In this document: positions 1 through 13,207 of the stretch, piece by piece | How the letters are laid out: the number at the start of each line of letters is the position of its first letter | How positions within the stretch are numbered: position 1 is the first letter of the stretch | Source of the DNA: Chiloscyllium plagiosum | Taxonomy: Eukaryota | DNA length: 64,000 nt | Direction: 5' to 3' | Assembly (NCBI RefSeq): GCF_004010195.1 | Contig: NC_057710.1 | Span: 91,581,928 to 91,645,927 of the forward strand | Position numbers and translations under genes: made by a program | Notes under the pieces: generated by a model | Seen by the model: the letters and a program-made list of their open reading frames with translations, nothing else | Told to the model about the DNA's origin: nothing | The model's database searches: none

Positions 1-703
1 CGATCCACTCGATCTGATAAGATTCGCATCCAACAGCATTTATGGCAGATATAATCCGCAGTAATCCTTAAACTCTCTTTGAACTCCCACATCTGACAAG
101 AAGTACATATCACTGCAAAGGCCATTTTTGCTCCTTCACAATCTACAGACCCAGAAAATAACACCGTCTTATTCCTCTCCAAACACTGCCCCAGGTTAAA
201 TTAATAGCTATGGCTTATATTTTAAGTTTAATCGAGACTTATCTCCAAAAACATATAATCAAGAAAGAATCCACTGTACCCACTACTACAGCTTTTCTCT
301 GGATAGACTTAAAACAACAATTAACTTATCCAATTCTGTGCTGTGAACTTTGCCCAACAGTTCCTCCAAGATTAGTTGTGAATTTCACTGTTTGTTAATT
401 TTCCCAGATGCACTCCGATGTCCAGTGATACACGAAACCAAACAGCAAAGGCAGTAACTGCAGGTTTTCTCTCTCTCTCTCTCTCACGCACTGTCCTCAC
501 CATGTGTTTCCTTTGTCTGCACTTCTCCCGTTTATACTGCTATTGTTTTGACTTTGGAAAAAAAAAGTTCCAAAACAATGCAACAGCATATAAAACAGTA
601 ATTGCTGCTCTTGGAATTCGGGGAAATCACCTCCAACACTTAAAATACCTCAAGAAAAGTAGCAGCTCTGACAGGCAGAAATTTTTCCGGTCCTCCATCT
701 TGG
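1..703 (-). mobile_element. 5' end of a CR1-type LINE (5' UTR plus start of ORF1), continuing off the window
   Basis: Minus-strand frame from ATG at 125: MAFAVICTSCQMWEFKESLRITADYICHKCCWMRILSDRVD, the CxxC...CxxC finger of CR1 ORF1p; putative start near CAAGATGG motif at ~703. Confidence 0.7.
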
Positions 704-719
704 ATTATTGAGGACCTTT

Positions 720-2095
720 TCAAAAAGGAAGACATATAAAAACATGGAGCAATAGGCCAGTTAGTTTTCATATCTATCATTGGGAAAGCATTAGATTCTA
801 TTCGAAAGAACGTAATAGCAAAACATTTCGAAATGTATAATCTGATCAAGCAGTCAGCATGTCTTCATGAAGGGGAAAATGCGTTTAACAAATCAGAGTT
901 TTTTGAGGAGGTAACAAGCAGGATAGACAAAAGACAACCAGAAGATGCAAAATTTGGATGTCCGAAAGGCATTCAAAAAGGTCTATTCACAAGTCTTCTG
1001 AATAAGCTAAGAGCCCAATGTGTTGGGTATAGAATATTAGTATGGATAGAGGATTCACCAACTAATAGAAGACAGAGAGTTAGAACAAAGGGGCATTTTC
1101 AGACTGACAACCTGTAAATACTGCAGCGCTATGTGGTTCAGTGCTGGGGACACAATTCTTACAATATATATTAATGACTTGGATTAGGGAAATTAATATA
1201 TTATCCTTAATTTTGGAGATGACATAAAAATTTGTGGCAAGGTATATACCGAGGATGACTCAGAGTTTACACAGGAATATAAACATTTAGGTAGTAGCAA
1301 GTCCTGGCAGATAGTATATAATGTGATAAAGTGTGAGGTTATGTACTTTGGCAGGAAGAACAGAAGAGTGGAATATTACTTCAATGGAGAAATGCTGCAG
1401 GAAGCTGCAGCACAGGGGGATTTGGATGTCCTCATGCAGAAATCACAAAAAGCTAGCACACAGATTCAGCAGATAATAGGAAGGGCAAGTGAATTGTTGC
1501 CCTTTATTGTCAAGGGAATGGAGAGAAAAATAAGGAAGTCTAACTGGAATTGTACAAGACATTAGTAAGACCACACCTTAAATACTGTGAACAATATTGT
1601 TCCTTTTATTTAAGGAAGGGCATTTCAGAGAAGGCACTAGGTTGATCCTTGGCAAATATGGATTTTCTTATGAGGAAATATTTATTCAGTTGGGCTGTAG
1701 TCATTGGAATTTAGAAGGATGAGAACTGACCTTATTGAAACAGATAAAGGAACATGACAGGATAGATGTGGAAAAACTATTTTCCTCTGTGGCACAGTCT
1801 AGGACCAGAGGGCATATTCTCAGATAAGGAGTCGCCCATTTAAGTCAATTTAAGATACATTTTTCTCTCCGAGGGTATCAGTGGAATTATTTCCTGCAGA
1901 GGGCTTTGAGGTTGGGTCCCAAGTATATTCAAGGCTAAGATAGACAGATAGTTTATCAGTAAGGGAATCAAGAGTTATGGAGAAAAGGTAGTGAAGTGAA
2001 GTGGAAGATAATCAGGTCAGCCATGATCTCATTGAATGGTGCAGCAGACTCAATGGGCTGAATGGCCTACTTCTTCTCCTGTGTTTTATGACCTG
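720..2095 (+). mobile_element. Degenerate CR1 LINE, RT region and 3' end
   Basis: Broken RT motifs (FFEEVTSRID, KCEVMYFGRKN) and CR1 tail gggctgaatggcctacttcttctcct. Confidence 0.85.
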
Positions 2096-2239
2096 AAGAG
2101 AGGAAAGGGGTGCTTTGTTCTTTTTCTATTTGTTAACCTCCTTTTTCCTCTGACTTAAGCACAGAAGAATAATTTGATCAGTTGCCAGTTGGTAGGTTGT
2201 TCCATTGTTTTGTTGTAATGCATAGCTTTAAAAGTTATA

Positions 2240-3250
2240 GTTTAGCACATCAGCTCACCCAAGTGGATTGCACATCCTGCAGCTTGTGGGAAGTCATGGA
2301 TGCATGATCTAGATGAACATACCAACAGGAAGTGTCAAGAGCTGCAGAAGCAGCTTGAATGATGAGTGGTGTCACTGTTGGATGTCTACGAGGCAGAGAA
2401 CTACATGGATTTCACATTGATGGATCTGGTCGCTCCTCAGGCTCCAGTGAGAAAGGGCATATGCCAGGCTGCCTAAGACAACCACGCAGGTCAATAAGGA
2501 GTCCCCTGATATAACCTGCTGGCTACTCATGTCTTCCATGTTGGATACCTATTAGGGTAATTGCCTTCTCAGTAGATTGCAACAGGAGTCAATTCTGTGG
2601 CACCACGAGTGACTCGGCTTTCCAGGACAGCTGGAAGACCAATAGTGTTTGGGGCTTCCACATTTAGAGGATCGATTGCAATAAATGTAACTGTAGATTG
2701 GTATTTTGCTTCCCCAGCACCAAGGTTAAGGACGTGATGGAGCAGCTGCAGGACATTCTGCTGGGGGAGGGAGAACTGCCGGAGAGCATGGTCCACATTG
2801 GTGTCCTATAAAGAACTGTCCTATAAAGAGGGTTCAGGCAAACTGGGCCTGAATTCTCTCGAGTTTCAATGAATGAGAGTTGATCTCAGTGACACCTACA
2901 GACTCTTTAAGGGGATAGCTAGTGTGGCTGTTAGCAAAATATTTCTCCTGATTTGGCAGTCGAGAACCAAGGGACAATTTTGAATCAAAGAGGAATGCAC
3001 TTAGGACTGAGATGAAAGGACTTTTGCTTTTTCAGAGTGGTGTGAATCTTTGGATTCTTGAATTTAGAATGCTTTCAAAAATCCATCCTTGAGTATGTTT
3101 AAAGTAGAGATTGACATACTTCTAAATGCTAATGACTAAGGAGGTATGGAGATAATGTGAGGAAAAAGACATTAAAGTGGATCAGTCATTATTGTAATAA
3201 ATAGTGGAGCAGGCTCGATGGACTGAATAGCCTACTCCTCCTCCTGTGTT
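2240..3250 (+). mobile_element. Degenerate CR1 pieces: ORF1 (zinc finger + esterase) joined to a 3' end
   Basis: QVDCTSCSLWEV at ~2260; VFCFPSTKVKDVMEQLQDILLGEGELPESMVHIG at ~2700; tail ggactgaatagcctactcctcctcct at ~3220. Confidence 0.7.
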
Positions 3251-4604
3251 TTTAATATTATCTAACTTGTTCACTAACTAGATATTTCTAATTTCGTCAA
3301 TGCTCTTTGAGATTGCCATCACGTTACTTATCAGGAAGTAATTTGAATTTTCAACAAAAGTACTGATTTAATAAGCTTAAAGTTTTTCTTAGATTGGTGT
3401 TGTCTCTTTGTGTTGTAACAGTTGAACCTGCTCCCTATGTACCTCTTTTCATTTTCTTATCCGACATGGGACGATGCTATAAAATATAGCACATTTTTCA
3501 TGGCACATCAGATTGACATTTAAAAAAAGACCACAGCAAGTAACATTCTTTAGGAGCTAAGATTTTAGTTTCAAAATGTTCTTACATTTCTTTGTTCACG
3601 TCAAATCAGTTTGGCTGTCTTTACTTTGCAAAGCTGTCAAATGAATTCATACATCCATATATTTGAAAAATTTAATTGAAAAATGTGATCTGCTGGATAT
3701 TATTTTAATAATTAATAAACTAAACTATGACTTTTTTAAAAGGACAAAGTGTAATTTTATTTGATTTAGTTGTTAAGGGATTAAATCAATGTAGCTAATT
3801 GTACCAATGTCAGCATTTTTAAATTATTAGAAAACACTAGATAGACACACAGGTAAATGAGTTATAAAGGACAAAATGGTACAGTTGAAGTGAGACTTAA
3901 TATTAAGGTGCTACTTCATATGGTTATATAATTTCCTGTGAGATGCCTGGTAGCACTTTTGTGCAATGGGTACTAAATACCTGTTGTGAAAGCTAGGTAG
4001 GGAGGGATGGAATGGTTTTCCTCTTCCCCCCCCCCCCGTTGGTTGTGGCAGAGTTTCTGAATTTGAAAAGAATGCTGGATTGCCAGTTTATTTTGCATTT
4101 AACTTTGTGCAGTTTCAAAGCATTAAGCCAGCTAGATATTCAGATAAACATGTTAGAGAATTTATTTTATTGCCGAAACCCATCTATTTAAAAATATTAA
4201 ATGTAAAACACATTTAAATACAACCCACATTCCATAGATGGGGATGCAAACACACCGACTCACCAAGCATGCAATAAAGAAATGCACCCTTACAGATTAA
4301 CAGAGATTACGTTGAGCCAGACAAGCTGTAGGCAAAGAGATAAGGTCATTCAAGATTCACTGATTGCATTGGGGGTTTTGGTTTATGCTGAAACCATTGC
4401 TTTTCGATTACAGGTGGTATGTCCCCTTTTTCCAAAATTATTGCTGTAGGAAACTCAATGAAATTTTATTCGGAAATCTGCCTGCTATAAGGATGCAAGA
4501 TGTTTGCTCAGCAAAACAGGGTTCAGCACTTGTGCGGGAGAGAGAGAAAGATGCTCCTTATGGTAGCTTGTGCAGATCCCATTTCCAGCATCCACACAAA
4601 ATAT

Positions 4605-4678
4605 TGCATCATTTGGTCGGCATGGACAAGTTGGACCGAAGGGTCTGTGTCCGTGCTGTACATCTCTATGAATCTATG
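4605..4678 (+). mobile_element. CR1 3' tail fragment
   Basis: ggtcggcatggacaagttggaccgaagggtctgtgtccgtgctgtacatctctatgaatctatg matches tails of other CR1 copies in the window. Confidence 0.8.
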
Positions 4679-4764
4679 TGAACTCTCTCCATGTTGGTTT
4701 TATATTCATATTGCTTCTCTTTAGCCATAAAATGATTGCCAAGATGATTAATTTTTAACAAACA

Positions 4765-4857
4765 AAAATAGAAAATGCTGCAGCAATTCAGAAGTTCTGG
4801 AACCATTATGGATAGAAAACAGAGTTAATGTTTTGAGTCCAGTGACCCTTCTTCAGT
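4765..4857 (-). mobile_element. Penelope-like terminal fragment with decayed hammerhead motif
   Basis: Minus strand ctgaaga-a-gggtc-actg-gactc-aaaacatt; homologous to the arms at 58186-58368. Confidence 0.65.
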
Positions 4858-5026
4858 AAAGCTTTTATTTTTCTGCAGTAATCTTTGAGATGGACTTTTG
4901 TCACATTCCAGTACAATACATCTTCTACTTTCCCATTATTCATGACACTTTACATATTCAAAGAACTTCAATAAATTGGTTTAAAATGATTTCTTTTTTA
5001 CCAAACTGTACTGACTGCCCAAGTAT

Positions 5027-5073
5027 TAGATTAGATTACTTACAGATTACTTACAGTGTGGAAACAGGCCCTT
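5027..5073 (-). mobile_element. 47-bp HE1/HER1 3' tail insertion between 81-bp direct repeats
   Basis: tagattagattacttacagattacttacagtgtggaaacaggccctt; flanks 4946-5026 and 5074-5154 are identical. Confidence 0.9.
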
Positions 5074-5199
5074 CACTTTACATATTCAAAGAACTTCAAT
5101 AAATTGGTTTAAAATGATTTCTTTTTTACCAAACTGTACTGACTGCCCAAGTATCTTGAATTTATCTAAGTTATGTCTTTAATAGTTTCTATACCTTAC

Positions 5200-7100
5200 C
5201 TGTAACAGATGTTAAGCCAACTGGCCTGAAGTTTCTTGCTTTCTGTCTCCCTTACATTTTGAGTAAAAGAGTTACATTTGATATTTTGCAATCAAAAGGA
5301 TTCTTTCCTGAACCTAGGGAATTTGGAAAATTTAAAACCAAGCTTCAACTATCTTACTAGTGACTTATTTTAATACCCTGAGAGTAATCCGCCTGGATCT
5401 GGAGATTTGTCAGCTTGCTGCTTCAACAATTTGTTCAGGCTCACTGCCCTGATTATGGTAAGTTTTCTAGAGTTTGTCCCTTGCTTCCATTTCCTGATTT
5501 CCAGCAATGCCTGAGATATTATTTCTATCTTCTATGGTGTAGACTGATGCAAACCACCTGCTTCATTCATCTGCTATCTCTTTATTATACCTTATTTTCA
5601 GAATTCTCATTCAGTACATCAACTGCTCACTTTGTTAATGCTTTTTAATACCTAAAAAAACCCATCTGTTTTTATATTTCTGGTTATCTTTCTCTCATAA
5701 TTTTATTTTCCTCTATTTATTAATCTTTAAATCTTTGTTTTTTTAATCTTCTGTCCAATGATCTGACTTGTCACTCATCTTTCTGTGATTATGTTTTTAA
5801 CTTTTAAATTAATAAAGGTACTATCTTTAACTTTTTTAGTTGAAAGTTAACTATTCTGTATTTTCTGAAATATCCCCAGGAATGTCTTCAACTGCATCTC
5901 TGTTGACCTATCTCTTAACCTAATTTGGTTGGTCACGTTAACAATCTGTTTTCATGCTCTCATAATTACCCTTATTTAAATTTAAAATATTAATTTTGGA
6001 CCATTCCTCTTCTTGAAATGAATGTAAAATTCAATCCTATTATGACTGTTGCTGCTATATTTCACTATGTGGTCATGGATTGTATAACACCAGGTCTAGA
6101 AACCATTCTGTAAACTCTTCACCTAGGCTATCTTAGCCCATGGGATTTTCCTATCGATGTATAGATGAATATCCACTATGATTATTACAGTAACTTTTTG
6201 TAAGCTTCCATTACTGCTTCCTTTATCATCATCTGTAGCTACTCACAGGGAGGCTGTACACAACTCCCACAAGTGACATCTTGCCTTTATCATTCCTTAA
6301 CTCTATCCAAACTACTTCTACATACTGGTTTCCTGAACTTGGGTCATCACTTTATTATGCTGAAGCCATAATTAATTAACAAAGCCTTCCCTCGATCTTT
6401 TTCCTCAGTCCCAGCTTCCTAAGTGTCATGTACCCTTCAGTGTTCAGAGCTCAATATATAGCATTCTGCAGCCATACCTGTAATGGCTGTCAGATTGTAC
6501 TTAATTATTTCTATTTGCTATGAATTTCCTATCAGCTCAAGCTGTTTTGTTTTGAATGCTGTGTACTTTGTGGTACAGAGCCTTTACTTTTCTCCTTTCT
6601 TTGTCTAACCTCTAGCCTTATCTGTTGGTTTTCCATTAGTTTTGTTCCATCTTTCCCTCCAGCACAGCATGTTTATTATTTCCCATATAAATAGCCTTTT
6701 CTCTACCTTTTGATTGACCACATCTTCTCAAACTTGGACCCTTGCCTGACTATTTAAAACTCTTCTGTCTAGTTATGTGTCTCATTAGAACACCAGCCCC
6801 AGTATGTTCAGACCAGGACCATCCCAAAACTAAGGCCTCCCTTTGCTGATTACTGGTGCTAATGCCCTATGAACCAGAAGCTATTTCCCCTACACCAGTC
6901 ATTGAGCCATGCATTGATTTCTGTAAGTTTTTACACCATGCCAGTTATATGGGACTTGGGTAATAATCCAGCAATTATTACTTTTGAGTTTCTGCTTAAT
7001 TTGGTTTGTTGTTCCTCATACTGAGTATGTAGAACCTCTCTCATGACCTTGCCTATGTAAGTACCATTATCATGGGCTACAACAACCAGATCCTCCCTCT
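5200..7100 (-). mobile_element. Highly decayed CR1 LINE (ORF1/ORF2 remnants)
   Basis: Scattered CR1-like motifs on the minus strand (NFRPVGLTS-like at ~5210-5235; GVVYSLP-like at ~6250-6270); no intact ORF. Confidence 0.55.
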
Positions 7101-7139
7101 TCTACGATAAATTCCTCTGCCGTGCTGAGCCCTGGAGCA

Positions 7140-8310
7140 GCACCAAAGTAGAAACTCTCCGTGGGTTGGAGTCATACCTAGCTCAAAAGTATGTCGAAGG
7201 TCAGTCATCTCAGCTCTAGAACAGCTCTGCAGGAGTTCCTCAGTACAGTGCCCTAGGTCCAACCATCTTCAGCTGCTTCATGACCTTCCTCCATCACAAA
7301 AGCAGAAGTGCAGGTGCTCACTGATGACTGAACAACATTCAGCACCATTCATGTCTCCTCAGGTACTGAAGCAGTCAATGTCCAAATACAGCAAAATCCA
7401 CGCAACATCCTGGTTCGGGATGACAAGTGCCAAGTATTATTTTTGCAGGCAATGACTCGATTAAACAATTGACAATCTAACCAACTTCCTTTAATATTCA
7501 ATGGCATTACCACCAGTCAATTCCCCACTATCAACATTGAGGTTTACCATTGACTATAACTGAACTGTAAAAGTCATACAAATACTCCAGCAACAAGAAC
7601 AGGTCAGATTCTGTGGTACTCACCACAATTCTTGTTTGTCTATGCCTGTCCACCATCTACTAGACACAAGTCAGGAGGTCAAGGAATATTCCTCATTTGG
7701 CTGGATGAGTGCAGCTCCAACTACACTGAAGGAGTTTGATGCCATCCAGGACAAAGCAGCCCATCCTATCAATCACTTTCAACATTCAAATTCCTCACCT
7801 CCAACACATAGTGACTATGGTTTACACCATCTATAAGTTACAGAGCAGCAATTCACCAACACTCTTTCAATAACACCTTTCAAACCCATGACGAATAGCC
7901 AGAAACTATTGCTGCGTAGAAGGACAATGGCCACAGATGTACAGGAACATCACTGCCTGCCATTTCCCCTCCAATCCACACACCATCCTGACACCAAACA
8001 ATATTACTGTTCCTTCAGTGTCTCTGGGCCAAAATTCTGGTACTCCCTTTTAGTATTGGTGGAAGTATACTCCAAGGGCAGCACTGGCCAGGAAGGAGGC
8101 TCACCACCATCTCCTCCAGGACAATTAGTGACAATTAGGACAATTGGGCGGCACGGTGGCACAGTGGTTAGCACTGCTGCCTCGCAGCGCCAGAGACAAG
8201 GGTTCAATTCCCGACTCAGGCGACTGACTGTGTGGAGTTTGCACGTCTAATCTAATCTAATCTTAATAGATTCTGGGCTAGTCAGTGACATCCACATCCC
8301 ATTCTTTAAA
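7140..8310 (+). mobile_element. Old non-LTR retrotransposon of a second CR1/L2-group family (RT C-terminus and 3' end)
   Basis: GVPQ.S.LGP motif at ~7232 and EYSSFGWMSAAPTTLKEFDAIQDKAA; homologous to 17785-18395. Confidence 0.75.
8146..8263 (+). mobile_element. HE1-type SINE, internally deleted (tRNA-like head joined to ctaat tail)
   Basis: gggcggcacggtggcacagtggttagcact...gtggagtttgcacgt followed directly by ctaatctaatctaatc. Confidence 0.85.
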
Positions 8311-10879
8311 AAGGGGAGCATCTGTAATCTGGAGCGAGTCAATGAAGTGAAAATGATTGATCTAAAATTGCTCTCTTAATCTGTAATTTCCAGATAACAG
8401 TCATTCTCAAATGGAACATTTGGAATTGGTTGGCGTTTGTGCCTGTTTCATGTATTCATATATGCTACTAGTTGTACAGTAAGTAAAAATGGAAAGCTAC
8501 CTTGGGAAACTCAACTGCAAAACTGAATTTGTCAGTGAAGTGAAAACTTAATGATGGGGCTATGTCACAAGTTCTTACTTCTTATCTCCCAGTATGTTAG
8601 ACTGTCACCTGAAAACCTGAGAGTTGTAGGGTTTGTTGAATAACTAAGTCAGTCTGCTGCTGGTGAGTTGAATGGCAGACTTTTCCCCTGCTTTTTTTCC
8701 AAATTGTTGGCTGTAAGACCTTTTGGGAATAGAACGTAACTGCATGTGGAAACCTGCTGACACTGTGACAGTTTGCTTGGTCTCACTGCTAAGGAAAAGG
8801 CAAACAAAGTGGGAAATGGCCATTAGTTGGCCAATTAAATGGTTTAATTGGCCACCACCTTGAGTGCCCGTTTACATGCCGTTTCATCTTGAGAGGGCTA
8901 GTAAAATCTAGATTGGAGTCACAATCCAGTCAGACCATCGTCCAGGCAGGAGATTAGACTAACATCAAAGAGCAGGATGGGATTGATTGAGGACCAAAAG
9001 GAAACAAAGACCAGGTGAATAACATTTTGAAGTGTGGGTTAAATAAATTCATACAAGCAACAAAATCTGAAAACAATTTGCAGAACTCTGAAAATTGTAA
9101 ATGAGCAAACTCTACTTCAGTATATTCTTTTACAGTTTAATTTTTACTCTAACTATTTTTCAAGCTTTGACATGTGACAGGATGATTTAAAAGATGCACT
9201 GGTGGAACAATGCACCTATTGTTTAGCATTAGCTGCCCGAACTGCACTGGGAGTAGGTAGATCTTGGAATTTACATGCTTTGCAATGCTTTCAGCAGTTG
9301 TTTTGAGGTTTTAGCATTTTGAAAAATAGAAGGAGAGGTCCTTTGTTCTGGCATCTCTGTGAATGACAATTATAGATACTGGCAAAACTGCAGTATTGAA
9401 ATACAGGCTTTGGTTTTTCAGTGAATTTCTGGGGTTTCAGCAGCTAGGAAAGCAGAAAGCCTAGATGTAATTGTGGTGTGGAAGGGACAGCCTGGTAATT
9501 TAGATTGCAAATTTCACAACGATCTCTGTAAACATTAATTGCAACATTTTCTACATTGATCATGGACTTGTGTATTTATACAGATTGTAGCACCAGCAAC
9601 ATCACTTCTTGGTCATGACCAAGGTGCACCTGGCTGGACTGAATGTCGAGTACCAGCTGCATCCTGTCACAGCAGGTTAGCAATGTATGTACATGGCACC
9701 AACTCATTCTTTACACCTTCACCCTTCTCCACCAGCACCTACTCTCTGGCTGGCTGCAGGGGCTCCTCGACAGTGACTGTGGCAGTGAGGTGCAACCTAA
9801 TGAGACTTCACTGCGGACTGCTTCTCTACGTCTTTCAGGCATGTTGCACTGTTTCTTACAGATTCTATGTGCTGGTACAAACATTGAAGTAACTTGGCAC
9901 AGGTGCTAGACTGATGTGCCGCACTGCCATAAAGCAAGATGCACACTCCCTTGACTGAGGATTGCTGCATAGCACAGCCAGTTGCTTGATTGTCTGACTG
10001 TGCCAATTGCCACCAGCAGGGCAAAAGCATGGCAGGGCAAGGCAAGGTAAGGTATGCATGCTGAAGACATGCCTTTAGGTACCAGCCATGGACACGTATT
10101 GAGACAACAGTGAGCAGCCCAGGCAAGAAATTACATTTCCTTTCCCTGTCTGGTACCTGTACCTGATGTTGCTCTATATTGCGGGTTGCCAGTGTGCCCT
10201 GCTAGACCATTCTGCCCATGCACTGCTCAGTGCCACTTGAGGATGGCAGAATAGTGGTGAGGATTCTTAGAAAGTGGAACACCAATGTGTAGTGAAAGGG
10301 TACACTCAACTGGTTCTGGGGTATCGTGCCCTGGTATGCAGTTTGTCTGTGGCCAAGATGGAGGTCTTTTGGAGAAAGCAGTGAGTTGAACCCACTGTGT
10401 TTTCCCGGGGCTAGTTTGTGTGGTGCGTTTGGGTAAGATCACATCCCATGGTGCATTGGGCTGTTAATGAAGTGTTTAACAAGTGATAATGAGCATTAAT
10501 GAGAACTCACTACTCCCAAGTGAGAATCTCACCATGCTGCTTGAGTAAAGTGAATGAGGTGCAATGTGATGATTCTGATGTTGAGGTAGTTGTTGCTGAA
10601 TTCTCGCTCAATTCTACCACTCATCCCACCATAGTCCACGCTGCTCAAAGCCTGGGAAGATTCTGTCCTTGGAGTTGAGATGGAAAGCCAATTATGATTG
10701 CTTTGCAGAGTGGAGTCAAAGGTGTGAATGGCCCACATTGCTCCAACTGCTTATACTTGAGGAGGCCAGAAGTTCAAGCAGAAATTTGGGGGCTGTATAT
10801 TGCATCCTACTTTGTAATCTAACCAGGATTAATAGTATAAATTTATCATTACCTATAGCTTTCTTTGGAAAACCCCAGG

Positions 10880-12100
10880 ATAGAGTCATGGAATCATACA
10901 GTATGGAAACAGACCTTTCAGTCCATGCCAACTGTGTTTTCTGAACTATACTAGTCCCATTTACCTGCATTTAGCCCATATCCTTCCAAACCTTTCCCAT
11001 TCATGTACCTGTCCAACTGTCTTTTAAATATTGTAACTGTACCTGCCTCCAGCACTTCCTCTGGCAGTCATTCAACATACAGACACCCTCTGTATGAAAA
11101 CATTGCCCCTCAGGTTCCTTTTAAATCTTTCTACTCTCACCTTAAAAATGTGCAATCTAATTTTGAACTTCCCCCAGCCAAGGGAAAATACCTTTGCTAT
11201 TCACCTTCTCTATGCCCCTCGTGATTTTATAAACCTCTATAAGGTCACCCTTCAACCTCCTAAGCTCTAAAAAGGTCCCAGCCTACCCAGCTTTACCCAA
11301 GGGTCCCAGGCCCTCCATTCCCTGCAACATCCTGGGAAGTCTTTTGTGAACCCTCTCTGATTTAATAATATCATTCCGATAGCACAGTGTTGAAAACGGT
11401 ACAGGTTTGAAGGGATATGGGCCGGGTGCTGGCAGGTAGGTTGGGATATCTGGTCAGCATGGACGGGTGGGACTGAAGGGTCTGTTTCCGTGCTGTACAT
11501 CTCTATGACTCAATAACTCTACTCCAAAAGTGGCTTCGCTAACGTTCTGTACAACCTCAACATCACATCGCAACTCTTATACTCAATGGTTTGAGCAATG
11601 AAGGCAAATGAGCTGAATGCCTTCTTAAGCACCCTGTCTACCTGTCACACAACTTTCTAAGAACACTGCACTTGTACCCCTCCATCTCTATATTTGAAAA
11701 CATTATCCAGGGCCGTACCATTAACTGTATAAGACTTGTCTTTGTTTATTCTCCAATACCTCACATTTATCAAAATTAAATTCTGTCTGCCACTCCTGAG
11801 CTCATTGGTCCAGTTGATCAAGATCCCTTTGAAATCTTCATTCTCAACCATACTACCAATTTTGATGTCATCTGCAAACTTATTAACACTGCCTCCTAAA
11901 TTCTCATCAAATAATTTATATAAATGACAGACAACAGTAGACTTAGCACCGATCCCTGCGGAACACTGCTGGTCACAGGCCTCCAGTCCGAGAAACAGCT
12001 CTCCACCTTCTGTCTTCTACTGTCAGACCGATTTTGTGTCAAATTGGCAAGCTCTGTCTGAATCCTATGTGACCTAATTTTACTAGTTAGTCTACTGTCA
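10880..12100 (-). mobile_element. CR1 LINE 3' portion, with an opposite-strand CR1 tail nested at ~11395-11513
   Basis: Tail atagagtcatggaatcatacag; RT motifs FADDIK and GVPQGSV on the minus strand. Confidence 0.85.
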
Positions 12101-12152
12101 TTATTATATCAAACTACATTTGCAATTTCTAAGAATTACATTATTTAGGAAC

Positions 12153-12289
12153 GATGTGGAGATGCCGGTGTTGGACTGGGGTAGAGAAAGTTAAAAATCA
12201 CACAACACCTTCATCAGGCAGTGCTCCAAAAGCTGGTGTTTCCAAATAAACCTGTTGGACTATAACCTGATGCTGTGTGATTTTTAACT
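12153..12289. mobile_element. Short Penelope-like insertion with inverted terminal segment
   Basis: ggagatgccggtgttggactgggg...aaagttaaaaatcacacaacacc and inverted gctgtgtgatttttaacttt; 12-bp TSD ttatttaggaac at 12141-12152 and 12290-12301. Confidence 0.8.
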
Positions 12290-12879
12290 TTATTTAGGAA
12301 CACAGAGGAACAGGAATAAGCTCTCCCTTGGAGCCTGTTCTGCAATCAGTTAGATTTCAGTTGGGTCATCTCTGGTCTGTATCTCAACCTTATCTTGATT
12401 CTGTGATGTTTTAACAACCGTCCAGAACAAAACTCTGTAAATGGTTTTGACATTTTTAATTGACAAATCCTCAAAACCTTTTTATTCTGACTTTCCACTG
12501 TCTTTTATGTGAAGATACACTTCCTGACATCAATTCTGAATGATCTAGCTTGAATTTTAATTTGATGTCTGTTGTCTGCACTTCCACGTCAGAGGAAATA
12601 GTTTCGCTGAAATAGTGGCCGCTGAATCAACTTCATTCATCATCCTAAACCCTAATTAGATTGCCCCTTAATCTTCTACATTTCAGGGGATACGAACCTG
12701 GACCCAGTAGAAATCTCTAGGAGACATCATGGGCTGAATTTTTATTTGGGGATCAAGAACCAGATATGAAGGCTTTTTCCAGGTCCTAACCTCAACATTG
12801 TGCTTTAAGCATGACCACTACTAATTTCAAAACATCAACAATTCAAACCCTTTGAATGAGTTCACTATCTTTTATAGAA

Positions 12880-13207
12880 TCCTAGTGTGGAAACAGACCA
12901 TTTGGCCCAACAAGTCCATACTGACTCTCCAAAGAGCATCCCGCCCAGAGTTAACCTCCTACCCCATCCCTGTAACCCCTACATTTGCCAAGGCCAACTC
13001 ACCTAGCCTACACGTCCCCGGACACTATGCGCAATTTAGCACGGTCATTCCACCTACCTGCACATCTTTGCACTGTGGGAGGAAATCAGAGCAACTGGAG
13101 GAAACCCACACAAACACAGGAGGGAAAAAGTGCAAACTCCAAACAGACAGTTAATCGAAGCTGGTACTGTGAGGTAACAGTGCTAACCACTAAGCCACCA
13201 TGCCACT
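12880..13207 (-). mobile_element. HE1-type SINE (diverged)
   Basis: Collinear with the young copy at 55855-56172. Confidence 0.85.

Noticed and set aside
3982..4480. Possible solo LTR
   Set aside because: TG start only; no matching end, TSD or second copy.
4946..5154. Repeat-spacer-repeat layout resembling CRISPR
   Set aside because: Only two long repeats, the spacer is a retroposon tail, eukaryotic context, no cas genes.
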